From an uncultured Candidatus Binatia bacterium (lineage in GTDB: Bacteria > Desulfobacterota > Binatia > UBA9968 > JAJDTQ01), in assembly GCA_965242525.1 (NCBI GenBank), contig OZ251459.1, positions 2,784,001 through 2,848,000 of the forward strand: DNA of 64,000 nt, in the 5' to 3' direction. Positions 54,003 to 62,904 of the stretch are shown here, in pieces (within the stretch, counting starts at the first letter, position 1; every line of letters begins with the position of its first letter). Position numbers and translations under genes: made by a program. The notes beneath the pieces are model-generated. The model saw only the letters and a list, made by a program, of their open reading frames with translations, made no database searches and was not told where the DNA came from.

Positions 54003-55025
54003 ATGCTACCCGACACGTCACTCGAACAGCGCATGGAGATGCTGCGCAAGATGCTGATGATCCGGCGCGCGGAAGAGCACGTCATCCGGTTCCACGAAGA
54101 GCACGAAGGGCTCGTCCGGGGCCATTTCCACCTCTACATCGGCCAGGAAGCCACCGGCGTGGCCGCCTGCGCCGCGTTGGCGCCGGAGGACTACGTCTTC
54201 AGCACGCACCGGAACCACGGCCACGTCATCGCCAAGGGTGGCGACCCCGGCAAGGTCCTGGCCGAGGTCATCGGGCGCGCCACCGGCTACTGCCGGGGCC
54301 GGGCGGGGACCTTCCACGTGGCCGCGCCGGACCTGAACGTGGTCCACACCTCGGCCATCGTCGGCGGTTGCGTGGCCCTGGCCGCGGGGGCCGCGCTGGC
54401 GGCCCGAATGAGGGAGACCCACGCGGTCACCGTGGTCTTCTTCGGCGACGGCGCCATGGAGGAAGGGGTCTTCTACGAGACCCTGAACATGGCCAAGCTG
54501 TGGCGGCTGCCGCTGATCTTCCTGATGGAAAACAACTACCGGAGGGCCGGAAGGGTCAACCCGGGCCACGCCGCCGGGGACCTGGCCAACGTGCCGCGGG
54601 CGCTCAACGTGGAGACCGCGGTGGTGGACGGGGCCGACGCCGGCCTCGTGCACGGGACCGTGTCGGATCTGGTGCGGCGCACCCGCGCGGGCGAGGGGCC
54701 GTTCTTCGTCGAGGCGCGCACGCACCCTTGGCCCGGGAACGATGGCGCGCACCCCCATTTCGTGGCCGGCGCCACGGACATCGGCTGGGCCTGGGACCCC
54801 GTACCGGCGCCCGAAGCGGTGCGCTCCTGGTACTCCGAGGGGGACGGGGTCCTGGCCTTCGCGCGGGAGCTGGCGGACAGCGAAGGATGCGACCGGGACG
54901 CGGTCACGCGCCTGGACCAGGAGGTGCGCCGGGAAGCCGACGCGGCCGCGCAGTTCGCGTTGACGAGCCCGCTTCCCGACCCCGAAGCGGCCCTGGACCA
55001 TGCGTACGCGGGAAGGAGTGGTTGA
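54003..55025 (+). CDS. TPP-dependent dehydrogenase E1 alpha-like
   Basis: HLYIGQEA, STHRNHGH, GDGA...ENN. Confidence 0.88.
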   Translation: MLPDTSLEQRMEMLRKMLMIRRAEEHVIRFHEEHEGLVRGHFHLYIGQEATGVAACAALAPEDYVFSTHRNHGHVIAKGGDPGKVLAEVIGRATGYCRGRAGTFHVAAPDLNVVHTSAIVGGCVALAAGAALAARMRETHAVTVVFFGDGAMEEGVFYETLNMAKLWRLPLIFLMENNYRRAGRVNPGHAAGDLANVPRALNVETAVVDGADAGLVHGTVSDLVRRTRAGEGPFFVEARTHPWPGNDGAHPHFVAGATDIGWAWDPVPAPEAVRSWYSEGDGVLAFARELADSEGCDRDAVTRLDQEVRREADAAAQFALTSPLPDPEAALDHAYAGRSG

Positions 55026-55028
55026 GCC

Positions 55029-56021
55029 ATGCCGCGAGAGATGACCCTGGGAGAAGCGCTGGTGGACGCGCTGGCCGAGGCCCTGGACGAAGACCGGCGC
55101 GTGATCCTCATTGGCGGCGGCCTGACGAGCTCGGAGCCCGGCCAGGCCCGGTTCGCCGAGGTGCGCAAGCGGCACGCCGAGCGCATACTGTCCCCGCCCA
55201 TCGCCGAGCTGGGCTATTGCGGCATCGCCGCGGGCGCGGCCATGGCCGGGCTGCGGCCCCTGGTGGACATCGGCACCGCCACGTTCTCGTACGAGGCCAT
55301 CCCGCAGATCGTCAACGAAGCGGCCATCGCCTACTCCAACTCGGGCGGCCAGACCAGCGTGCCGGTGACCTATTGCATGCGCTACGGCATCCGGGGCGGC
55401 GGGGGCGTGCAGCACTCGGGCAGCCCGCAGCCGTGGTACTGGAACACCCCGGGCCTCCAGGTGGCCATGCCGTCCACTCCGGCCGACGCCAGGGGACTGC
55501 TGCGCACGGCGCTCCTGAAAAGCAGCGACCCTACCGTCTTCCTGGTCCACGAGCGGCTCATGGACCAGCGCGGGCCGGTCCCGGACGGACCCCACGAGAC
55601 CGCCTTCGGCCAGGCTCTGGTGGCCCGGGAGGGGACGGACGTGACGGTCATCGCCACCGGCGTCCAGGCGCCCCGGGCCCTCGCCGCCGCGGACATGCTG
55701 GCCGGGGAGGGGGTGTCGGTGGAGGTGGTGGACCCGCGCACGCTGGAGCCGCTGGACACCGGCAGCCTCGTGGCCTCGGTCAGGAAGACCGGCCGCCTGG
55801 TGGTCACCGACGAGAGCCACGACAACTGCGGCGTGGCCGCGGGGCTGGCCGCGTTGATGGCGGACCTGGCCTTCGACGGCCTGCGCGCCCCCATCCGGCG
55901 AGTCGCCATCCCGCACGTGCCGGTGCCCTTCGCCGTCTCCCTGGAAGACTACGTGACGCCTTTCGCCGAACGCATCGTGGAGGCCGCCAAGGAAACTCTG
56001 AACAATTGCGCAGGGGGATGA
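55029..56021 (+). CDS. TPP-dependent dehydrogenase E1 beta-like
   Basis: PIAE, QIVNEAA, QHS, VVDPRTLEPLD, KTGRLVV. Confidence 0.88.
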   Translation: MPREMTLGEALVDALAEALDEDRRVILIGGGLTSSEPGQARFAEVRKRHAERILSPPIAELGYCGIAAGAAMAGLRPLVDIGTATFSYEAIPQIVNEAAIAYSNSGGQTSVPVTYCMRYGIRGGGGVQHSGSPQPWYWNTPGLQVAMPSTPADARGLLRTALLKSSDPTVFLVHERLMDQRGPVPDGPHETAFGQALVAREGTDVTVIATGVQAPRALAAADMLAGEGVSVEVVDPRTLEPLDTGSLVASVRKTGRLVVTDESHDNCGVAAGLAALMADLAFDGLRAPIRRVAIPHVPVPFAVSLEDYVTPFAERIVEAAKETLNNCAGG

Positions 56022-56118
56022 GCGCGCCCTTCGACTTCGCTACGCTACGCTCAGGACGAACGGGGATAAGAAGGTCGGGGTGAGGGATCCATCCCGGAGT
56101 CTCGTGTTCAGATGTTCC
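55991..56118. mobile_element. Family A MITE overlapping E1 beta 3' end
   Basis: GGAAACTCTGAACAATT...TGTTCAGATGTTCC; flanks CCAA/TCAA. Confidence 0.75.
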
Positions 56119-56290
56119 TCAAGTCGCTGCTCCGGTGAGGTCCGCAGGGGAGGTCCGTGGACCGGGAACGCGCAGGCGCCAACGGCAGGCGACGGACCGG
56201 GAGGCGAGTGTTGCGAGCGGGCGGTCGCGCCTGCGAGCCTGCCCGGCCTCGGGTCCGCGGGCGGGGAGAGGGATGCGTTCCGCGCGCGGG

Positions 56291-57043
56291 TCACCCGGAC
56301 CCGCGGTACTCCCTGACGAACTCGCACAGCCGCTCCACCGCCAGCTCGAACAGCTCGGCGCCCTTCTCGGCGCTGGCGAGGTTCGGATCGCCCATGACTC
56401 CCGACGGCGACAGGTCCTCCCGCGGGGTCTGGACGTAGCCGCCGACCTTGCGCACGAACTCGGGCATCTGCGGGCCGAGGTGGGTGACCAGGCTGCCCTG
56501 GGCGGACAGTTCCGGGCGCAGGTGCAGGTTCATGGAGGTCTCCACCGCGCCGGCATGGCCCACCCGGCCGCCGGGCATCTTCTCGTCCGGGAACAGCCGG
56601 CCCATGTCCTCGTTCACCAGGCCGAACCAGTTCAGCGCCGCCACGCGTATCCCCTCCTCGTCCTGGAGGGCGGAGACCGCGGCCCGGGACAGGGCCACCT
56701 GTCCGCCGTGGCCGTTGAACAGCGCGATGCGGGTGAAGCCGTGCCGCGCCACCGACCGGACCACCTCCCGGATCAACGCCGTCCAGGTGGCCGCGGTGAG
56801 GCTGATGCTGCCGGGGAAGTTCTTGTTGCTGGGGGTGAAGCCGAAGGGGACCGTGGGACCCGCCAGGATCTCCGGGTCCCGCCGCGCGGCCTCACGGGCG
56901 ATCTCCTGGGCGATGAAGGCGTCGGTGTCCAGGGGCAGGTGATGGCCGTGCTGCTCGATGACGCCGATGGGGACCACCACCGCGAAGCCCCGCTGGGCGC
57001 ACTCCCTGATGCGCGGCCAACTCAACTCGTTCCATACGGGCAT
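56291..57043 (-). CDS. Creatininase/amidohydrolase family protein
   Basis: PIGVIEQHGHHLPLDTD, NGHGG, HAGAVETS, SGVMGDP. Confidence 0.88.
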   Translation of the reverse strand: MPVWNELSWPRIRECAQRGFAVVVPIGVIEQHGHHLPLDTDAFIAQEIAREAARRDPEILAGPTVPFGFTPSNKNFPGSISLTAATWTALIREVVRSVARHGFTRIALFNGHGGQVALSRAAVSALQDEEGIRVAALNWFGLVNEDMGRLFPDEKMPGGRVGHAGAVETSMNLHLRPELSAQGSLVTHLGPQMPEFVRKVGGYVQTPREDLSPSGVMGDPNLASAEKGAELFELAVERLCEFVREYRGSG

Positions 57044-57072
57044 CCGTGCTCCTCTCCGTCCACCGGCCCGCT

Positions 57073-57327
57073 TCAAGGCTCGCGGTCGATCCACTGCCTC
57101 ATCAGCCGTTCGAGCTGCGTCTGGAAGGGGACCCCGTGCTCCCGGGCCTTGTCCTGGAACGCCTGCAACAGGTCCTCCCGCACCTCCACGGGGACGAGAC
57201 GGGTCCCCGCGGGACGGGCCGGCGCCTGGAGCCGGCGGAACTCGTCGAGGAACCGCAGGATCTGCTCCGGCGTCATGCTCTTGCAGCGTTCCAGGTACTC
57301 TTCCGAAAAGAACTGCACGGGTCTCAT
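57073..57327 (-). CDS. Small protein with ribbon-helix-helix-like C-terminus
   Basis: MRPVQFFSEEYLERC...GVPFQTQLERLMRQW; ATGA overlap. Confidence 0.65.
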   Translation of the reverse strand: MRPVQFFSEEYLERCKSMTPEQILRFLDEFRRLQAPARPAGTRLVPVEVREDLLQAFQDKAREHGVPFQTQLERLMRQWIDREP

Positions 57328-57788
57328 GGGCCGACGCTCCTCAAAGCCTTGACGTCCTCCAGGTCCTGGGGCCGGGCGCTCTTCTCCTTCATGCGGATCA
57401 GATCGGCCCTGGAAACCACCGGGAATTCGAGCCGTCCGATGACGATGGCATCGACCTTCATGGCCTGGAGGTCCTCGGTGATGATGACGTCCACGATTTC
57501 GACGGGGTTCGCGTGGTTGACGAAGCTCCAGGCGATGAGGTTGCGGTTGCGAACGTACTCCTGTCGGAACCGGAAGACCTCGCGGGCGTTCACCGGCAGA
57601 CGGGACCGCAGCCCCAGGCGGTTGAGCGCCGCTTCCGCGGCTACGAGGTTCTCCTCGGACAGCGCCAGGACCAGGTCCACGTCCGCGGTGGCGCGCACCG
57701 CCCCGTGCAAGGCGACTGCGTAACCCCCGGCGATGGCGAACCGAACTCCTTCCTGCCGCAGCCCGGCGACCACGCGCTCGATGAACAT
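57324..57788 (-). CDS. Nucleotidyltransferase-like protein
   Basis: AGGYAVALHG.VRATADVDL, LIRMKE..ARPQDLED. Confidence 0.75.
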   Translation of the reverse strand: MFIERVVAGLRQEGVRFAIAGGYAVALHGAVRATADVDLVLALSEENLVAAEAALNRLGLRSRLPVNAREVFRFRQEYVRNRNLIAWSFVNHANPVEIVDVIITEDLQAMKVDAIVIGRLEFPVVSRADLIRMKEKSARPQDLEDVKALRSVGP

Positions 57789-57794
57789 GTTACC

Positions 57795-57904
57795 GAAGGC
57801 CTGATCCATTCCGGCTCGATTTCCATCTCCCTTGGGAGAGAGCGCGTCCTTCGACTTCGCTTCGCTACGCTCAGGACGAACGGGGATGGTCGTTTCGAGT
57901 TTCC
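57795..57904. mobile_element. Family A subtype 2 MITE (degenerate ends)
   Basis: Core at 57845-57883. Confidence 0.65.
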
Positions 57905-57943
57905 CTGGAACGGGGAGGGTCCTATCGATTTTCCTCGCTCCGG

Positions 57944-58960
57944 TCAGTCCATCACGAACACGCACTTTCCGGTGGCCGCGGCGTCGAAGGTGCGGAAGGC
58001 CTCGACGGCCTGGTCGAGGCGGAAACGGTGGGTGACGAGGTCGTCCACCGGCACCTTCTCTTCCACCATGAAGCGGCAGATCTCGATGAGCTCGGACTTG
58101 CTGAAGGTCCACGAGCCGAAGATGGTGGCCACCTTGAAGATGACGTCGTTCCGGAAGTCGATGGTGGACGGGTCGCCCATGCCCACGTAGCAGCAGCGTC
58201 CGAAGGTGCGCAGGGCCTTGAGGATCTGTCCGCGGGCTTCCGGGTTGCCGGAGGTTTCCAACGCCGCGGAAGCCCCCAGCCCGCCGGTGAGGTCCCTGAC
58301 CGCCTCCACCGGGTCGGCGTCCCGGGCGTTGACCGCGTGGTCGGCGCCGTACCGGCGCGCCAAGTCCAACCGTTCCGGCACCACGTCGATGGCCACCACC
58401 CGCGCCCCCATGGCCTTGGCGCACATGGTGCCGCTGAGGCCCACCGGCCCTTGTCCGAAGATGGACACCACGTCGCCGCCGGCCACGTCCATCTTCCGGA
58501 GGCCGTTCCAGGCCGTGCCGGTGCCGCAGGAGATGGCCGCCCCGGCCTCGAACGACAACTCGTCGGGGAGGTGGCAGAGGAGGCGCGACGGCACCAGGAT
58601 GTAGTCGGCGTTGGCCCCGTGGGCGTCCACGCCGCCGAAGGTCACGTGGCCGCGGGGACACGCCTGCTCGAAGCCCAGGGCGCAGATCTCGCAGATGCCG
58701 CACCCGGCGTAGTGGTGCACCACCACCCGGTCGCCGACGGCCAGCCCGTCCGGCGCGCCGGCGCCCAACTCCGCGATCACGCCGCAGGGTTCGTGGCCGG
58801 TGATGGCGTCGATGGCCGCGGGTCCGCGGTACCGATGCAAGTCCGTGCCGCACATGCCCGAAGCACGGACCTTTACCACCGCTTCCCCCGGCCCCGCATG
58901 GGGGTCCGGAAACTCCCGGATCTCAGCTTGCCTGTTGCCGTTGAACATGACGCCGCGCAT
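57944..58960 (-). CDS. Zn-dependent alcohol dehydrogenase (MDR family)
   Basis: CGTDLH, GHEPCG, CGICEIC...C, GQGPVG. Confidence 0.92.
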   Translation of the reverse strand: MRGVMFNGNRQAEIREFPDPHAGPGEAVVKVRASGMCGTDLHRYRGPAAIDAITGHEPCGVIAELGAGAPDGLAVGDRVVVHHYAGCGICEICALGFEQACPRGHVTFGGVDAHGANADYILVPSRLLCHLPDELSFEAGAAISCGTGTAWNGLRKMDVAGGDVVSIFGQGPVGLSGTMCAKAMGARVVAIDVVPERLDLARRYGADHAVNARDADPVEAVRDLTGGLGASAALETSGNPEARGQILKALRTFGRCCYVGMGDPSTIDFRNDVIFKVATIFGSWTFSKSELIEICRFMVEEKVPVDDLVTHRFRLDQAVEAFRTFDAAATGKCVFVMD

Positions 58961-59119
58961 GAGCCTTCTCCCGTATGGATTCGTCCCAAGCCCTATCACG
59001 GCCTTCGACCGTCAGGCAAACCCGTTGTCACGGGTTTCCGTCTCCCGAACCGCGTTCCCAAACTTGGGGATTGAGGCAAGCGGGACGCCGTGGTACTTCT
59101 TTGCTTTCTTGACGAGGTT

Positions 59120-59172
59120 CGTCCTTCGACTTCGCTTCGCCATGCTCAGGACGAACGAGGATGGTTGTTCAG
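59120..59172. repeat. Partial family A copy
   Basis: Core plus GTTGTTCAG. Confidence 0.6.
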
Positions 59173-59220
59173 CCCGACCTTTCCCGGAACTTCACCGGGC
59201 GTTCCATGTGACCCCGTGCG

Positions 59221-60438
59221 ATGGATTGCATTGACCCACTTCCCCCAGGCGGCCGGTTCCGCCGTGCGTTGCGACTCATCGGCTGGAATGCGCTTCTGTT
59301 GATCGCTGGCGTCGCGCTGGTGGGGTTGGCCGGAGAAGCCTGGTTCCGCCTGACCGTGCCGTTCATGAGATCGAGCCGCCCCCTGGAGTTCGTCCCGAAC
59401 GTAGGCTATCTCAGACCGCCGAACACGGAGATACGCCATACCAACCACCTCGACTTCTGGAACATCTCCCGCACCAACAGCCTGGGTTTCCTCGACCGGG
59501 AACCCCCGAGCCCCGAACGCGCCGCAGCAACCTGCCACGTCTCCGTCATCGGCGACTCCTTCGTGGAGGCGACGGAGGTTCCCATCGACCGCAAGCTCCA
59601 CGTTCGCCTCGAAGAACTCGCCGCCGACCGGTTGCCCCGCCTGGACGTCACGACTTCGGCCTTCGGGTTGGAAAATACCGGCCAGATCCAGCAACTGCCG
59701 TTCTACGACGAATATGCCCGGCGCCTCCACCCCAAACTGCTCGTGCTGGTCTTCGTCGACAATGATTTCAGGGACAACACGCCGGCTCTGAAGGCACTGA
59801 GAGGACGTCCCTTGGAGCCCATCGTGAGAAAACGCTCAGACGGGGAGTTCCAAGTGGCATACCCCCCCCCCCCCCCCCAAGACCAGCTTCCAGAGGGTTC
59901 CTTGCCCCGGGCATCGTGGGCCGACCGCGACGGAAGGGATACCATTGCCCATTCAAGGTTTGCCGTCTGGTTGTACCGCAAGATCAAAATGTTCATCCAC
60001 GTTGTGGAGAAGCCGAGGCGGCAGCCCGACCGCCGTGCTACGCTGCGCCGAGCCGCGTTGCGAGAGGACACCCTGCCATATACCCGCTTCGCGCTGGAGC
60101 AGTTCAAGCAGCGCGCCGACCGTGACGGCGTCAAGCTGGTCATCCTGGCGATACACAGACTGAAGCTCCCCGGACTGAAGCTCCTTGGAAAAACCCGGAT
60201 GTTCGAGCGAATGAGCCAAATGGCCGCTACCCTCGATATTCCCGTCATCGACCAAGCCGACTACATCCTCCGCCAGGGCGCTGTACTCTTGGACGCCCAA
60301 TGGACCCACGACATCCACTGGAACCCCGCCGGCCACCAATGGGCCGCAGAGGCACTGCTCGAATACATCGAACAACGCCCGGAAGTCTGCGACGGGTGGC
60401 CACCCTCGGCGCGGCTTCCCGGATCCACCACCCAATAA
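59221..60438 (+). CDS. Membrane-anchored SGNH/GDSL-like protein, copy 1 (C17 tract in frame)
   Basis: TM, IGDSF, FVDND, DIHWNPAGH. Confidence 0.75.
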   Translation: MDCIDPLPPGGRFRRALRLIGWNALLLIAGVALVGLAGEAWFRLTVPFMRSSRPLEFVPNVGYLRPPNTEIRHTNHLDFWNISRTNSLGFLDREPPSPERAAATCHVSVIGDSFVEATEVPIDRKLHVRLEELAADRLPRLDVTTSAFGLENTGQIQQLPFYDEYARRLHPKLLVLVFVDNDFRDNTPALKALRGRPLEPIVRKRSDGEFQVAYPPPPPQDQLPEGSLPRASWADRDGRDTIAHSRFAVWLYRKIKMFIHVVEKPRRQPDRRATLRRAALREDTLPYTRFALEQFKQRADRDGVKLVILAIHRLKLPGLKLLGKTRMFERMSQMAATLDIPVIDQADYILRQGAVLLDAQWTHDIHWNPAGHQWAAEALLEYIEQRPEVCDGWPPSARLPGSTTQ

Positions 60439-60661
60439 GGGATAGCCTCGTTGACGCCCGCGGTGGAGATGGCAGAGAGGATGTGGTTGCGGAGGCGGAA
60501 GCGACGGGAGTTGAAGAAGCCGGCGGTGCGGCGCGTCCGCCATGGGTCAGGTGGTGGATTGGGGGAACCTCGCTCCTCGCTACGCCGGGCCGAATCTGAT
60601 AGACACGGACGGACGAGGACCCGCGGTCCTGCGGGCGCACGGTTGCATACAAGGAGGGGAC

Positions 60662-61060
60662 ATGGCCGTTCGACTCATCGTCACGATTACCGCGGCTCCG
60701 GGAAAGGGAGCCGATCTCGGGGCCGCGTATCGGGAGCGTTGCGCGGAAGTCATGGAGGAGCCGGGTTGCGAGCAGTTCGAGGTGTTCCGGAGCGTGGTGG
60801 ACCCGGACAGGCTGGTGCTGGTCGAACGCTGGACCGACCAGGCCGCACTGGACGCCCACGCGGAGGTGAACCGCACCCGGCCGTCGCTGCGGCCGGAGTT
60901 GCGGGCAGGCGCAAACGAGCGGGAAGACTACGAATACAACCATGCCCGAAGCCCGGACCTTCACCACCGCTTCGCCCGGCCCCGCATGGGGTCCGGAAAC
61001 TCCCGAATCTCAGCCTGCCTGTTGCCGTTGAACATGACGCCGCGCGATGGATTACATTGA
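60662..61060 (+). CDS. ABM-domain (putative quinol monooxygenase) protein, copy 1, stop lost at the duplication junction
   Basis: EEPGCEQFEVF, LVERW...ALDAH; tail reads into antisense adh fragment. Confidence 0.75.
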   Translation: MAVRLIVTITAAPGKGADLGAAYRERCAEVMEEPGCEQFEVFRSVVDPDRLVLVERWTDQAALDAHAEVNRTRPSLRPELRAGANEREDYEYNHARSPDLHHRFARPRMGSGNSRISACLLPLNMTPRDGLH

Positions 61061-62245
61061 TTCCCCCCCTCCCGGTAGCCGGTTCCGCCGTGCACTCTGC
61101 CTCATTAGATGGAATGCGCTCATCATCGTCGCGGGGGTCGCGCTGGTGGGGTTGGCCGGAGAAGTCTGGTTCCGCCTGACCGTGCCGCCCATGAAATCGA
61201 GCCGCCCCCTGGAGTTCGTCCCGAACGTGGGCTATCTCAGACCGCCGAACACGGAGATACTCCATACCAACCACCTCGACTACTGGAACGCCTCCCGCAC
61301 CAACAGCCTGGGCTTCCTCGACCGGGAACCCCCGAGCCTCGAACGCGCCGCAGCAACCTGCCACGTCTCCGTCATCGGCGACTCCTTCGTGGAGGCGCCG
61401 GAGGTCCCCATCGACCGCAAGCTCCAGGTTCGCCTCGAAGAACTCGCCGCCAGCCGGTTGCCCCGCCTGGACGTCACGACCTCGGCCTTCGGGTTGAGAA
61501 ATACCGGCCAGATCCAGCAACTGCCGTTCTACGACCAATATGCCCGGCGCCTCCGTCCCAAACTGCTCGTGCTGGTCTTCGTCGACAATGATTTCATGGA
61601 CAACACACCGGCTCTGAAGGCACTGAGAGGACGTCCCTTGGAGCCCATCGTGAGAAAACGCTCAGACGGGGAGTTCCAAGTGGCATACCCCCCCCCCCCC
61701 CCCCCCCCCCCCAAGACCGGCTTCCAGTGGGTTCCTTGCCCCGGACCTCGTGGACCGCCCGCGCCGGAAAGGATGCCATTGCCCATTCAAGGTTTGCCGT
61801 CTGGTTGTACCGCAAGATCAACACCTCCATCCACGTTGTCGAGAAGCCGAGGCAGCAGCCCGGCCGCCGTGCCGCGCTGCGCCAAGCCGCCATGTCCAAA
61901 GGATGGTTCGAGGACGCCCTGCCATATACCCGCTTCGCGCTGGAGCAGTTCAAACAGCGCGCCGACCGCGACGGCGTCAAACTGGTCATCCTGGCGATAC
62001 ACAGACTGAAGCTCCCCGGACTGAAACTCCCCGGAAAACACCGGATGTTCGAGCGATTGAGCCAAATGGCCGCTACCCTCCATATTCCCGTCATCGACCA
62101 GGCCGACTACATCCTCCGCCAGGGCGCCAAACTCACGGACGCCCACTGGCCCCACAACTACCACTGGGGCCCCGCCGGCCACCAATGGGCCGCAGAGGCC
62201 CTGCTCGAATACATCGAGCAACGCCCGGAAGTCTGCGACGGGTGA
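61047..62245 (+). pseudogene. SGNH-like copy 2, frameshifted at C25 tract (61688-61712)
   Basis: Near-identical to copy 1; C-terminal half in another frame. Confidence 0.75.
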
Positions 62246-62507
62246 CCGCCCCGGACGCGGCTTCCCGGATACACCACCCAATAAGGGATAGCCTCGTTGG
62301 CGCCTGCAGTGGAGATGGCGGAGAGGATGTGGTTGCGGAGGCGGGAGCAACGGGAATCGAAGAAGCCGGCGGTGCGGCGCGTCCGCCATGGGTCAGGTGG
62401 TGGATTGGGGGAACCTCGCTCCTCGCTACGCCGGGCCGAATCTGATAGACACGGACGGACGAGGACCCGCGGTCCTGCGGGCGCACGGTTGCATACAAGG
62501 AGGGGAC

Positions 62508-62798
62508 ATGGCCGTTCGACTCATCGTCACGATTACCGCGGCTCCGGGAAAGGGAGCCGAGCTCGGGGCCGCGTACCGGGAGCGTTGCGCGGAAGTCATG
62601 GAGGAGCCGGGTTGCGAGCAGTTCGAGGTGTTCCGGAGCGTGGTGGACCCGGACAGGCTGGTGCTGGTCGAACGCTGGACCGACCAGGCCGCACTGGACG
62701 CCCACGCGGAGGTGAACCGCACCCGGCCGTCGCTGCGGCCGGAGTTGCGGGCAGGCGCAAACGAGCGGGAAGACTACGAATACAACCGCACCCGCTGA
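62508..62798 (+). CDS. ABM-domain protein, copy 2 (intact)
   Basis: AAGGAGG RBS; same motifs; own stop. Confidence 0.82.
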   Translation: MAVRLIVTITAAPGKGAELGAAYRERCAEVMEEPGCEQFEVFRSVVDPDRLVLVERWTDQAALDAHAEVNRTRPSLRPELRAGANEREDYEYNRTR

Positions 62799-62904
62799 CG
62801 CGCCCGCCCGGTCCGCACCAGGAGCGCGCTTCGCCGGTGGCCGCCGGTCCCGGCGCGCAGGCTGGCAACACGCCCAATCCCCCGGAAAGAAAGGTCACCG
62901 CCCC

